Positions 25,730-39,501 of a stretch of DNA of 64,000 nucleotides are shown here, in pieces. The stretch's first letter is position 1, and each line of letters begins with the position of its first letter. Origin of the DNA: Eledone cirrhosa (Eukaryota). The stretch lies in assembly GCA_964016885.1 (NCBI GenBank), contig OZ024743.1, forward strand, positions 319,796,001 through 319,860,000. Reading direction: 5' to 3'. The notes under the pieces were generated by a model. That model did no database searches. It was given only the letters and a program-made list of their open reading frames with translations, and was not told the origin of the DNA. Position numbers and translations under genes: made by a program.

Positions 25730-25854
25730 GCGAATGGTTATGTATGAAGAGTTGGTTTAGTAGCTCTTTATGTCTCTATCTAAAGGACTTGTAATGTTAT
25801 TGTATAATCATAACATTTCGTCAATATAATTCTCAAAGAACTTTTTTGTTGTTA

Positions 25855-25998
25855 TATAGTTACGTCCCTTTACGGTCTAAGTTCAAACGTCGTCGAGATT
25901 AACTTTGCCTTTCATCCTTACGGGGTCGATAAAATAAAGTACCAGTAATGTATTGTAAATTGCTGGCCTTGTGCCAAAAGTAGAAACAATTATTATTA
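25855..25998 (+). mobile_element. tRNA-derived SINE with Deu/Nin-like core, 5'-truncated
   Basis: GTTCAAA...CTTTGCCTTTCATCCTTACGGGGTCGATAAAATAAAGTACCAGT...(ATT)n. Confidence 0.85.
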
Positions 25999-27334
25999 TA
26001 TGAACTTCCTTTAAAATACTTTTAGTATTCACTTAGTGTAATATATAAAGCACTGAGATTATATATGATGGCAACTTTTATTAAATGTTACTATATGAAC
26101 ACAATTTATATGAAAAAGTAAAATTAAAAACAAACCTATTTTTATTTATTGTTGTAGAGCTTCATCACCACTCTGTTAGAGCTAGTCCATGTTGAAAAGG
26201 AAAGGATGTTGCCCATTACTGGGGACCAAGCAAGGGTGGAAGAAAGAAAGCAAGAAAGAGTCAGAGACTAGTATTTACATGTAGCTTAGTTCACAAATCA
26301 TTTAGGAAATTTAGTATAGGGACTCTGGAGAGAGTCTGACATTGACCAATTACTCAAGTTTATCAATGATTAGGTTATCAAAATGTTGCAGAGATGACGA
26401 GAATCTATTTGAGGAACTTACGCTAAGCTTATACAATATCATAGGAATCAATAAATTCTTAAATAAATAAACCATGATGGAGATCAATTACATCAATGTT
26501 TTTGAGTAATTGTTCAAGCTTTGCCATCTTGGAGAGAAAGGTAAGCTGGAAAGCTAGATCTCTAATTGGTGGGACTATGCTAATGGGAGAGCACAATGCT
26601 AATGGGAGAGGGAACACAGTGGAGGGAACGGGTTCAGTGAACATATCTATGGTCAGCTGATGTTGTGGAGCCAGGTGGTTAATGATCAAAAGAACATATT
26701 TGGAACTGTTCACATAAAAGCTCCTACCACCAAGTTCCTCAATTATCTTCGCAATGGTCAGGACCTTATCTAATGGCCTCTCCAAACCAGCATCATCTGA
26801 TGCCAGACAGGAAGACTAATATTTAAAGCACACAGGACAGGGTAAACTGGGCACTTTTTATTGTGTTGCCAACACAACTACTTTACAGGGTGGGTTGGGT
26901 GACTTTTGTTGTGTCACCAGCACAACCATCTTACAGTGTGGACTGGACTCTTTTTGTTGTGTCACCAACACCTTACAGCGCAGTTTTGGTGACTTTATTT
27001 TTTCACCATCATGAACACCTTACAGGATGGACTGGGTGCTTTTGTTGTGGTGGTACCAGATCAGCATACAGGTTGTACTTTGTGCTTTTTGTCATGGCAC
27101 AACATTGTGGGAGGTCACATGGCGAACGTGTCTAGCCCTCATTGAGGTATTAAGGCAGGGGGTGTGAAGGATTGTTGCTGGTTAGTGTATCCCCTGCATA
27201 TTTGTTTTGTTTCACTTTCTGCACATGGTGTGTGTGTATATATATATATATAATTCATATATATGTTAATATCTTTTAAAACATCCTCAGAATATTATTG
27301 TGTCTATCTCTCCTAAGAGTGAGAGCTAGTGAGA

Positions 27335-27458
<124 letters not shown>

Positions 27459-27917
27459 AACAGAGAAAGATGAATCGATCACAGTATTGGTTTGGTACTT
27501 TATTTATCGACCACAAAAGTATTAAAGACAAAGTCGAGATTGGTGACATTTGAAATCGCGACAGAGGGAGCCATATAGCAAAATATTTTCTCCGACGCTC
27601 TAACGACTTTGTTAACTCGCAACATACTATGCCAAGGTATTCCTTGTATTCCAATATTAGATACAATTTATATAGTAATCATTGTACCAGTGCGCTAACT
27701 TAAATGTTTCTCATATCTATATAAACTGCATCAAAGCCATCATGGTCTCCCTACTCGTGTGTCTTGTCTTACAGTGTTTCTAATAAATTCTTTCGCTTGG
27801 ATTAAAGAAAAATATAACAATAATTCCCCATGTCCCACAAAAAAAATAACACAAAACGGAAAGCACTCGCTAAGGCATATTTCGGAGTTATTTCCCTTGA
27901 TAAAAAAATAGCATTAG

Positions 27918-28068
27918 TAAGAGAGTCGGCTGAAAAGTTCATAGGCTGACAAAGCAACTCGTTGAATGAGGTTTATTTTACAACATAGTACCTGAAAAGG
28001 GGAAATTAATTTATGCAAGATTTCACAGCTTAATAGCCAGCCTACGAACTTTTCAGCTACACTTCGTA
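27918..28068. mobile_element. Mariner-type MITE copy 4, internally deleted
   Basis: Both TIRs recognisable. Confidence 0.7.
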
Positions 28069-28090
28069 CACAGTTATTTTCTAGCGAATG

Positions 28091-28278
28091 AAATAATTGT
28101 TTCTACTTTAGGCACAAGGCCAGCAATTACCCAGTGCATTACTGGTACTTTATTTTATCGACCCGGTAAGGATGAAAGGCAAAGTCAACCTCGGCGGGAT
28201 TTGAACTCAGATCGTAAAGGGATGTAACTATGCTGGAAAGCATGGCGTCCGACCCTCTACCGATACTGCCAATCCACC
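28091..28278 (-). mobile_element. Full-length SINE of the Deu/Nin-like family
   Basis: Near-identical reverse complement of 42127-42313; short AAATAAT flanking repeat. Confidence 0.9.
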
Positions 28279-28689
28279 AAATAATGTTTACATTTTGACA
28301 AGTAATTCGTTAACGTAAAGGTATATGCCATCCAGTTCAACTACAAAATGTGTCGTTTTACGTTATGAATAAAATGGGACTGCTTCGTGAGAACAAGTAA
28401 AAATGATAAAAGAACATCTCTTCAATAATCATCTGTAGCTGACATAGCCTTCTTTTCTCAACTAGATGGATTTAAAATTTATTCATTGAATAAAATAACA
28501 TTACAAATGCGTAAATAACATTATAAATTGCTCGCAATTGGTTCATTACAAATACAATGTCGTCGATAAACATAAATATAAACCCATTAAAGAGATAAAA
28601 GTAAAAAAGAAGAAAGAAAGGAGGGTGCAAAAACCAAAACGGATATCTGCGACAATCGGTCGCACATCACATCATAAGGGTTAACTAAT

Positions 28690-28849
28690 CACTTTGAAGC
28701 AAGCCAATGCGTTCCCAGCATAACCACGGGTAATGGCGAAGCTAGGGCGCTGAAACAACCAGGCAACCTCACGGGCATCACCTGTCACCTCAGTAAGGCG
28801 AGCCGCCAGTGATGACAAGAACTTCGATGTCAGCGGCCCAACTCCACCA
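28690..28849 (-). mobile_element. CRE-clade endonuclease fragment
   Basis: GVGPLTSKFLSSLAARLTEVTGDAREVAWLFQR. Confidence 0.7.
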
Positions 28850-29059
28850 TATATATATGAAACAAAATGGAAAGGTTGTATGTGGTACCTCCATCTACTA
28901 GAAATATTAACAAAATCCATTTCAAATCACAGCGAACAGTCTTACACACACAAACACACACACATGCATGTGTCTATATGTACGTCATGGAAGCCACTAT
29001 AACTGTTGGTGTACCTAAAAGAAATAGAAAACAAATTTGCCTCAAACAAGATCCTACTT

Positions 29060-29208
29060 CCATAGAGGTAAAAGTTGTGAAAGCTACAGTGTAAAAATCT
29101 TAATTAACCCAGACCCTGTCGCACTTTGAGCCAAGGAACGTAAACTCTCCAAATATCGGTCGCTCTCCAACAGGTTCGTTGTTGAGCCCATAGCAATGGA
29201 GACTTCAT
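29060..29208 (+). mobile_element. CRE-clade endonuclease fragment
   Basis: AKERKLSKYRSLSNRFVVEPIAMETS contains the KxxKY...P.A.ET motif. Confidence 0.55.
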
Positions 29209-29276
29209 TGTGTTGTTAGTCCTACGAGGAACTGGAATCATATATGATTCCAGTTCCTCGTAGGACTAACAACACA
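29209..29276. repeat. 68-bp perfect palindrome
   Basis: TGTGTTGTTAGTCCTACGAGGAACTGGAATCATA|TATGATTCCAGTTCCTCGTAGGACTAACAACACA. Confidence 0.97.
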
Positions 29277-29959
29277 CCCAGGAGCTGGGCATATCGATGA
29301 ATTGCCAGTGGAACACATTTCAACACCATGTTTACCTGTTCTCTCTACATTAATTCGTACTGCCGGATGAGGTCACAGCCAATAATAGCTGTCACAGCAA
29401 AATATATATAGCAGATTATAAACGAAGCCAAATTTAACATGTTTGACTTACTTATTTTATATATTTATATATATATATGATGGTTGCAAACGCTTGTCAG
29501 ATTACAGAAAATGGTGCAGTTTTAGGATACGGCCAGCCACACGAACATGTAACATATCCTGAACAAGCAATACCTGTGCTTTGAAGGTTTGTTTGAAGTG
29601 AGAAAAGGCCTTGCACTCGACCAATCCCACTGTCTGAGCATCGAAAAAACTACCCGAAAAGGAGGACAGGTCAACATGATCGGATGCTTCCGAAGTCGCA
29701 GGTTTTCTTTTCAGAGTTTCCCTCTCTAAGAAAGGTGCTGTGACAACACTGGGAGCCTTTCACTCACAGGTAAAAAAAAAGTACTATTTGGATGGCCGTT
29801 GACTCTGTTGAGTCCCTCCGCCCTTAGCCGGGTCTTGTATTTCATCCCTCAGGGTGTCCATATATCACCCACCTCAGCAAGCAAGCTTGATGGGGTTGCC
29901 GGTTTAGGCGCCGACGACCCAACCATGAGATATATATTCATACATACATACATATATAT

Positions 29960-30016
<57 letters not shown>

Positions 30017-30029
30017 ATAATAGTAATAA

Positions 30030-33000
30030 TGATAATAATAATGGTTTCTTTATTGGCCACAAGGGCTAACATGAAGAAAAACATTAGAGACGGCACAGAA
30101 CAGTACAGGACGATACAAAGAGGGTTTTGGTCATGTAAACGGGTTATAACAAGATAGAAATCGGGATAGAAATAAATAAAAAATTCAAACAACAAAAATT
30201 CCCCAAAAAGGGGGAAACCTCCGAGGGTCACTCGTGGTGAAAACCACACAAAAGACCACGGCAACCCTGACCACCAGAGCAAGCACCCTCTCTCAGTTTT
30301 CCCACTCCTCAGTCTACAGGCTCATACTCAGAGCGGGCCCGTTCACTCGGACCAGACTCGCCACTTTCACCCACCTTTCAACAAACTTACTAGAAGACAG
30401 CACTTCCCTCTCCACCCTGATTTTCCTCTTCAAATGAAACTTGAAAAAGTTAATCACGGATAGGGCTAAGAGGAAAGTGTCCGTCTTCAACCCTTTCAAC
30501 CTTGTCCCCCACACAATCTCTTTCGCCATGGCCACCAGGCAGATGAAAACTGCCTGCCCTTCCTCCTCTTTAAAGGAAGATGGCGGGGCTATCTACACAA
30601 TGGACTCAGTCGATAACCAGATCCGTCCTACACGCGACAGCAGCTGTTCGACATAACTCCACAAGTCAGCAATCCTCGGGAACTGAACGAGTGCGTGTAG
30701 GACGGTTTCGTTGCCCTGCGCGCATCTCGGACAGGATCGACTGACAACACCTCTGTGCCTGTAGAGCTTATCCCGAACCGGCAACGCTCCCCGGTAGCAC
30801 TGCCAGGCCAGGGACTTCTGGAAGTTGTCCATAGGCCACGGTCTGAAAATTCTCTTGAAGAGAGCGAACAGCTGATCGTCTTCAACGCCCAGGTTCTCCC
30901 CGAGAACGTCGTCGCTCTTTCTCTCTACTAGCCCTCTATAGACCGCCGAGGTGGATGTTCCACCGATACTAGTGCCCAGCTGGTAGAGGGCACTTGGAGA
31001 CATTCCAGCTTCCAAGCACTATCCTTCGGTCTTTTCCTGATCCAGGACTGCAGCTCCGTCAAGGAGACGAGCTGAGCAAAAGCGCGTCTGGCAAACGGCG
31101 ACCAAACCTGTTCACCGTCAAGGAAGCACCAGAGATGTCGCAGCCTCAGTGCGTGTTTGCGCATCATCAGCCACGGCATGCCTAGTCCTCCATGCAAGGG
31201 GTGTTGACAGCAAATCGATCTTCTGACCATGGGAGCACGTACCTTCCACAAAAAGCGGAAGAGAAGGCGCTCCATTTTGGTCAGAGTTGGGCGGGGGCTA
31301 GGTACGACGGTCAGGCGGTAGTAGATGACGGACGCGATGTACGCATTCACCATCTCCACCCGACCTTTCAGAGACAGCCTCCTCTCGGCCCATTTCTGGG
31401 TGAGAGAGGCCACCCTACTCGTCACTTCGCTCCAGTTTTTCTCCATCTGGAGATCTGGACCGAACCAGACCCCGAGCAATTTAACCAGTCCTTCCGTCCA
31501 GCGTCCCACGACGCTGTCTGACGGCATGGATTTGCCTCTCCAGGTGCCAAGCTTCAAGCCCACCGACTTTTCCTGGTTTATCTTTGCTACTCTCACCGCT
31601 TCGTATTCCTTGAGAGCGGTGCCGAGTATCATCTGGACGTGTTTGGTGCTTGACACCACCACGGTGACGTCGTCGGCGTAAGCTGTCATGGATCTCCCGC
31701 ATCCCAGTTCGCGTAAGACGCCACTCATCGTCTCCAATTTGTGCAGTAACGGCTCGAGGGCCAATACGTACAAGAGGGAGGAGAGGGGACCGAACCAGAC
31801 CCCTAGCAATTTAACTGGTCTGTCCGTCCAGCGCCCGACGACGCTATTGGACGGCATGGACCTGCCTCTCCAGGTGCCGAGTTGCAGGCTCACCGACTTT
31901 TCCTGGTTGATCATTGCTTTTGTCACCGCCTCGTATTCTCTTAGTGTGGTGCCGATCGCCTCGATGTGTTTGGCGTTCGACACCACTACAGTGACATCGT
32001 CCGCATATGCTGACACGGATCTTCCGCATCCTAGTTCGCGCGGGACCCCCTCAACGTCTCCAGTTTGTGCAGTAATGGCTCGAGAGTCAATACGTACAAG
32101 AGGGACGAGAGGGGACATCCTTGGCGGATCGAGCGCATGATGTTGAACGGTTCCGAAAGGTGACCGTTCACTCTCACCACAGAGCAGATGTCGCTGTGCA
32201 TGGCAGCACTCCAGCCTCTGAAGACAGGCCCAAAGCCAGCCGCCCTCAGGACTGCCGCCAGATAACGATGGTCGACCCTATAGAAAGCTTTCGACTGATC
32301 TAAATTGATCAAGGACCCACCCGTGCCAGGTTCCCTAGCTACACTCTCCTCGATGTATCGCATGAGGTGGAGGTTGTCGTCGATTGATCTGTCTGGAATG
32401 GCGGATGTCTGCGCCTCTCCCACCAGACCACCAACAACAAGCGCCAACCTCTTTGTTAGCACCTTGACTAAAATCTTGAACTCTGTGTTTAGCAGAGTTA
32501 TGGGCCTGAAATTATCTATGTTATCCCCCTTGTTCGGATAATTTATCAGTAGCGCCACCTCTCCTCGGCTCATAGAATTCGGAATTCTCCCGTTCTGCTG
32601 CCAGTTGCAGTAGACGTCCGCCAAGAGGTCTCCGAAAAAGTCTGGCACATGTACGTAAAGTTCGTAGGGCAGACCATCCAAACCAGGCGATTTACCCATT
32701 GTGCAGTCAGTACTTCACCAGCTGTTATCGGCTTTTCGCAACATCCGCCTCAGTAGCCGAGAGCCGCGGCAGTCCGTCTAGGTATGCACCGAAGTCCATC
32801 CCGCGAACCGTCCTGCCGCTGCCTCCGAACAGCTGAGCAAAGTGTCGCTGAAAAACCGCACGCATTTTCCAGGAATCAAGTAGCATGCGCCCGTCGTGGT
32901 TCGCCAAAGACCGGATCGTGGCTTTGTTGCCATGACGCGCCTCCGCCACTCGGGTCCATCGAACGGCTTTCGTCCCCTCGTGTCTGAGAGCACGCACCCT

Positions 33001-35700
33001 AACTCTGACAACGCAGCCTTCGTGCTTTGCGTTGAAAATAGGTCGAGGGCCAATTTCGCCGCAAGCATGTCGGTGGCGATGCCATTACTAAGCGCCCCGT
33101 CTAATTTGCTAACTAGTTCTCCCTCTGCTCTATTTTTATCTATTACTAACGCCTTACTGAACCTAATGGACTCTATTCTAATCGCTCTTTTCAGGGCAAA
33201 CCACCATTTGATGTTGACGACGGTCCTCGCCAGCGCCCGCTTAACTAGTTCGCTAATCCAGTCTCTGTAAGCTTTGCGTGTTGTTAACGACGCATTTAGC
33301 TTCCTGTAGCTAAGTCCCTGTCTATGAAGCCTATCTAAGTCAACCACACAGTTCACGAATTTGTGGTCCGTGTAGTCGACTATCTTGAATTGTGGACAGC
33401 CTATGCTAGACCTATCTATTTCCCTACAAAATACCCTATCTAGATATGATCTGGATGACCCGTTGCGGTTTGTCCAAGTCCACATTGGCACATTCGGGAA
33501 ATCCAACAGGTACCTGTCAGACAATTGAAAATGTCTGAGTAGGTTTGTGAGGCTTTTACATACTCCTTCCCTATCCGCTAATCCAACACAGTCCCTGCGT
33601 GCATCTAAGATCCCGTTCCAGTCGCCCACTAACACTAAAGAGCGGGACGTTCCAAGAAAGGTCTCCAGACGCCGGAAGAAGTCAGGCCGTCCTGCTCCTG
33701 TTGGGGAATAGATGGCCACTAGCCTGAAAGCTTGCCCTTCTCCGCTGGTCACGTTCAGCACCACCAACTTACCTTCTGGGTCCAAGAAGACGGCCCGTAT
33801 CTCGAGATCCAGACTTGTCAGGAACAACACAGCCCCCCCCCCCGATCCGGGACAGCTTGGAGATGTGTACACCTCGTAGTCGCCGAAAATGGGTGTGAAT
33901 GCCCGTGCCTCGGAGATTCTGGTCTCGTTGATGGCTACCACATCTATGTTTAGCGACCTGAGATCGTTCAGCAGGTGGCCTTGCTTCCAAGACGACCCCA
34001 GGCCACGTGTATTTATGCTACCTATCTTGAGAGAAGCCATGTTGGCTAGGATAGGAGGAAAACAAGTGAGAGGGGTAAGGTAAAAAAAAAAAAAAAAAAA
34101 TTTACCTGTGGCTCTTTTTTTAGGAAGTGGGTGAGTGATCCATCCCTCCCACCAGTGGCGGGTTTCTCCACGAGAATCTCTGTGAATATTCGTTTAGTGA
34201 TGTTCCCTCGATAGTCTCCAATTGATGTGGGGGAACATTTTTTTTAATGTCATGTAATTTTTTGGGGTGATTCCTATTATTTTTATGTGTGTGGGTGGTG
34301 CAATTTTGGTGGTCTGTACGTAGTTTGTTTCTGTGATGTTGGTGTGGTGTTGAATGTAATTTAAAAGCTTTGTGTTGTCTGTGTCTATGGCTGTGTATTT
34401 GTCTGCTGTTGGGGTGTTGGTGCTTTCTGTGTTTGCTGTGGTGTTGGAGGTGACGATGGTGTAGATGCTAATGGTGGTGGTGGTGGTGGTGTTGGTGATT
34501 TTGGTGGTGGTGGTGATTGTGTAGGTGGTTGTGGGGGTGGGTGTGGCTGTTGATGGTGGTGGTGGAGGTGGGGTCGTTTTCATTTTCTCTTTTTGGTTTC
34601 TTTCTTCCTCTTTTTTTTTTGGAGGGCGAAAGTAGGAAGTTCTTCCTTTCTTTTTGCTGGGATGGTTTTCCATCCTTCGACCTCATCGCACTCCTTGTCC
34701 GATTTAGCAATATCGGGGAGGGGCATGCTCTCCATTGGTTCTGTTGGTGGTGGAGGAGATGGTGTTTTGTTGTTGGTGATAGTAATTTTTCTTTTGCCAC
34801 TGTGGTCTTGGCTGGTTTGTCCACTCCAGTCACGGGGCATGGCGTAGGGAGAAGGGGGAAGGGCATGCCCGTCTTGGTGAGTTTGGGGCAGAAGGCCTTA
34901 AGGTGCGTCTTGTCACCGAATCCATGAGACCTTGGGCGCCTACCTTCGACAGTCACGGGTAGATGGCTGCCGTCGTCCAGGTCTATTAGATCGGGGATAG
35001 CCTCGATGCTCTCATGGTCTGCTTGGATAATTAGCTCCATCTCCGACACTGTCCAATTCTCCTGTCTCATTCGCATGACGTCGAGGATAGTTGTTGAATC
35101 CTCGATGTCAGCTAGGACGGCCGTCATCAGACACGCGATCTCCACTGAGGGCGGAACTTGGGTTACTCGAACCCTCACGACTCTCTGGCCGCAGTATGAG
35201 GGCATCATTATTACTTCGTCACTGCGGAGTGGCGCAATAGAGTGTGTTCAGGCTCCTTCCGGTGTAGCGAAGAGCACATCCACAGTGCCAGATTTCGATC
35301 CTCGGGCTATGTATGTTTTCTGTGCCCAGACGGCACCCATAGCTCTTTGGACATGCGACTCCGTTGCCCATTCGACTCGGCGCGATTATATTCTAATTGT
35401 GCGATAACTGACGGAACACAAAAGCTTGTTTTTCATTATATTAGCTGGGCGGGTGAGACTTACCCTGTGTCCAGTCTTTTTAACCAAGATCTTGGCTTGC
35501 TTTATCTCCTCGTTGGTGATGTGTACCCGTTCGATATTTTTTGCCGCTTTAGCGAACGATGTGGTTGTGGTCTGCTGTGCTGACTCATCGCTAGTCTTGC
35601 CTTTGTTGCTGTTGTTACTGTTGTTGTTGTTGCTGTTGTTGTTGGTGGTGGTGGTCTTGTTAATTATTTTTTCTTCTGTGTTGCTGCTGTTACAGTTGTT
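30030..35700 (-). mobile_element. Tx1/L1-like LINE, disrupted: ORF1 (about 35700-34194, decayed zinc knuckle) and ORF2 (APE-RT-CCHC from 34040)
   Basis: GSINTRGL, INETR, GDWN, YLDRVF (APE); KSPGLDGLP, RQGCPLS, AYADD (RT); CPRC..ETVLHAL. The 3' end abuts (TAA)n/(TAG)n. Confidence 0.9.
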
Positions 35701-37913
35701 GCGGGCCCGTTCACTCGGACCGGACTCGCCACTTTCTCCCACCTTTTAACAAACTTACTAGAAGACAGCAATTGCTTCTCCACCCTGATTTTCCTCTTCA
35801 AGTGAAATTTGAAAAATTTAATCAGGGATTCACCGATGAGGAAATTGTCCGTCTTCAATACTTTCTACCTTGTCCACCACACAATCTCTTTCGCCATGGC
35901 CACCTTAAAGGAGGACGGCGGGGCTATCTGCACAATAGACTCGGTCGGTAACCGGATCCGTCCTACACGTGACAGCAAATGTTCGACATAGCTCCACACG
36001 TCAGCAATGCTCGGATACTGAACGCGTGCGTGCACAACGGTTTCGTCGCTCTGTGCGCATCTCGGACAGGTTCGGCTGACGGCACTTCCGTGCCTGTAGA
36101 GTTTATCTCGAACCGGCAACGCTCCCCGGTAGCACTGCCAGGCCAGGAATTTCTGGAAGTTGTCCATAGGCCCCGGGCTGAAAGTTCTCTTGAAGAGAGT
36201 GAACAGCTGATCGTCTTGGACGCCCACGGTCTCTCCGAAAACGTCGTCACTCTTCCACTCCACTATTCCTCTATAGAACTTCGAGGTGGATGTTCCACCG
36301 ATACTAGTGCCCAGCTGGTAGAAGGCTGTGAGCGATTGGAGACATTCCAGCTTCCAAGCGCTATCCGTCGGTCTTTTCCTGATCCAGGACTGCAGCTCCG
36401 TTAATGAGACGAGCTGGGGAAAAGCACGTCTGACAAACGGTCGCCATACCTGTTCACCGTCAAGGAAGCACCAGAGATGTCACAGCCCCAGCGCGTGTTT
36501 ACGCATCATCAGCCACGGCATGCCCAGCCCTCCACGCAACGTTGTTGACAGCATATGGATCGTCTGACCATGGGAGCATGTCCCTTCCATAAAAAGTGGA
36601 AGAGGAGGCGCTCCACTTTTGTCAGAGTTGGGGCGGGGCAAGGCACAACCGTTAGGCGGTAGCAGATGACGGATGCGTTGAACGCATTCGCCACCTCTGC
36701 CCGACCTTTCAAGGACAGCTTCCTCTCGGCCCATTTCTGTGTGAGAGAGGCCACCCTGTTCGTCACTTAGTTTCAGTTTTTCTTCATCTGAAGCTTCGGC
36801 CCGAACCAGACCCCGAGCAATTTAAGCGGTCCTTCTGTCCAGCGCCCCACAACGCTGTTGGTCGGCATGGACTTGCCTCTCCAGGTGCCGAGATGCAAGC
36901 CCACCGACCATTCTTGGTTAAACTTTGCTCCTGTCATTACTACTTCATATTCCTTGAGAGCGGTGCCGAGCATCTGGACATGTCTGGTGCTTGACACCAC
37001 CACGGTGACGTCGTCGGCATAAGCCGATACGGATCTCCCACATCCCAGTTCGCGTGGGGCGTCTCTCATCACCTCCAATTTGTGCAGTAATGGCTCTAGC
37101 GCCAATACGTACAATATTGACGAGACGGAACAACCCTGACGGAACGCGCGCATGATGCTGAACGGCTGTGACATGACCGTTTACCTTCACAACTGAGCAG
37201 ATGTCGCTGTGCATCGCAGCGATCCAACCCCTGAAAATGGGCACGAAACCAGTCGCCTTGAGGACCGCCGCCAGGTACCGATGGTCGACCCTTAGATTGA
37301 TCAGGGCCCCACCCGTGCCAGGTTCCTTAACCACCCTCTCTATGATGTATCGCATGTGGTGGAGGTTGTCGTGGATGGATATGTGTGGAATGGCGCATGT
37401 CTGTGCATTTCCTACCAGATTACCGACGACGAGCGCCAATCTCGTTGCCAACACCTTGGCCAAAATTCTTGAAATCTTGAAATCTGAAGTTGTCTATAAC
37501 ATCCCTTTTGTTCGGGTCTTTTCTCAACAGCGCCGCCGCATCCCGGCTCACAAAACTGGGAATGCTGCCGTTCTGCTGCCAGTTGCTGTAGATTTCTACG
37601 AAGAGGTCGCCGAACAAGTCTGGCATGTACGCATAAAGCTCGTAGGGCAGACCATCCACCCCTCGGGCAGTCAGACATCGCTTCCCGTATTTCACCTGCT
37701 GTTATCAGCTTTTCTCAATACTGCACTGCGGTCTTCGAGAGCTGCGGCAGTCCCTCGACGTATGCAGTGAAGTTCATACTCCGATCCGGCCCGCCGCCGC
37801 TCCCAAACAGTTGAGCAAAGCGCTGCTGAAAAGCCTCACACATCTGCTCGGGTTCGAGTAACATGTACCCGTTTTGGTCAGCCAAGAATCGAATTGTGGC
37901 TTTGTTACCACGT
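35701..37913 (-). mobile_element. Second Tx1/L1-like ORF2 fragment (RT to CCHC), head-to-tail with the first
   Basis: GVDGLPYELY, AYADDVT, CPRCAQSDETVVH; parallels 30330-32950. Confidence 0.9.
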
Positions 37914-38400
37914 CTAGAAAGAGTTTCTAGAGTCTCAGCTAATAAAAATATATTTGATAACAAAGCCGAATACTATAACGACGCTTTACACTGAGCTGGA
38001 TACACTAATACATTGAACTACATAGACAGAAATAATAAAAACCCACATGCTAAAGTATATTGTAAAAAAATGAAAATAAACCACCTAACCAAAATAGTAA
38101 ACCATATCAGAAAGCCAGAACCCGTTCTATAATTTGGTATTCACCTCCAATATCTTTAGGAATTAAGACATCTTTAACACACCAATTCTTTAGGGCTCTA
38201 AATGAATGTTTTCCTAAATCCCACAAATACCATTCCATTTTTAACAGACATACATTCAAGCTCTCTTACTATGAATCTAACCCAGAATATAGCAAAAATT
38301 AATAATAGAAATATAAAAATAAACCAAACTGAAATAAACCAAAATAGCAATAATAATATAATTAATAACATTAGCTATAATAATAATAACGTATACCTTA

Positions 38401-38585
38401 ATAATTGTTTCTATTTTTGGCATAAGGCCAGCAATTATCCAGTACATTACTGGTACTTTATTTTATCGACCCCGTAAAGATGAAAGGCAAAGTTAACCAC
38501 AGCGGGATTTGAACTCAGAATGGCAAGGGCCGTAACCCTATGCGTCAAAGCATGGCGTCCGATTCTCTACTGCCAATCCGCCGCT
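38401..38585 (-). mobile_element. SINE inserted in a PLE, with a 15-bp TSD
   Basis: GTATACCTTAATAAT at 38391-38405 and 38586-38600. Confidence 0.9.
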
Positions 38586-39284
38586 GTATACCTTAATAAT
38601 GATACTACATCTTCAAATAATCTAAGAAAATGTAATTGCAGGAATAATATCTCATGCCCACTCATTGCTTAGATACTAATTTAATATATAAATGCACGAT
38701 GAAAACTAACGATAAACTGTATAATTATATAGGTGCCACTTAATCAAAATTTAAAGACGCTGATATAATCACAAAGATACTTTCGAACGCCCTGATAAGA
38801 AATTCTCAACTTCACTGTCTCAACTAATTTGGTCTTTAAAAGACAATAACATTAAGTATTCAATCTCTTGGAATAAAATCAGGTTGGTCCAGTATACCAA
38901 AATTCTTCAATTTCGAAAATTTGTCAGCTTTGTACTGAAGAAATCTTTCATATAATTACCAATCCTGGTAAAATTATTAACAAAAAGAAAGAATATTTAA
39001 TTCTTGTTTGCATAAATTTTCCAAAACCTTTCATAATCTCTATAAATGCTCTTTAACCACTTAACCAATTATATGATGCTCTGAAATCTAATGTAAGTTG
39101 TGTATTTACAATATAAATAATATAATAATAATTATAAAACCTAATAAATTGAAGCATATCTTATTCAATGTTTATCGAAAACAAACCTTGAATGCAATAC
39201 TTGTAACCTTATACAACTTCAGTCTGCCAATACTGGAATTGAACCATCAAGACAGTTGAAGTATGTCACACATCAATTCATGTA

Positions 39285-39346
39285 TTTTATCTGACGAGGA
39301 CGTACTGAAAAAACAGCACAGTACCTCCGAAATATATATAATAAAA
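39285..39346 (+). ncRNA. Type I hammerhead ribozyme motif, intact core
   Basis: TTTTAT CTGACGA GGA-C-GTACTG..CAGTAC-C-TCC GAAA TATATA TA ATAAAA. Confidence 0.85.
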
Positions 39347-39501
39347 CATATATTTTGATTATGTGAACGTCTTCATTTATTAATATTTTGAATAATATAA
39401 ATAACTCCAGAAAAATTCCTTGTAGAGTGCTTTTAATCTATTGTAAAACTACATTCATTGAGTAATCAATGAACCATATTAATCTTTGGTTATATATATA
39501 T

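Larger units (their letters stand above)
37914..39490 (+). mobile_element. Decayed Penelope-like element: RT thumb, CxC..CPL linker, GIY-YIG, pseudo-LTR with hammerhead
   Basis: RVSRVSANKNIFDNKAEYYNDAL, CNCRNNISCPL, YNYIGAT; homologous to 41250-43060. Confidence 0.8.

Noticed and set aside
26459-26785. 108-aa ORF or divergent gene upstream of COMMD10
   Set aside because: No recognisable motif or consistent splice structure.
29480-29930. HDV-like ribozyme in a possible RTE 5'UTR remnant (minus strand)
   Set aside because: I could not place P1-P4 in the required nested order by eye; the segment's identity remains uncertain.
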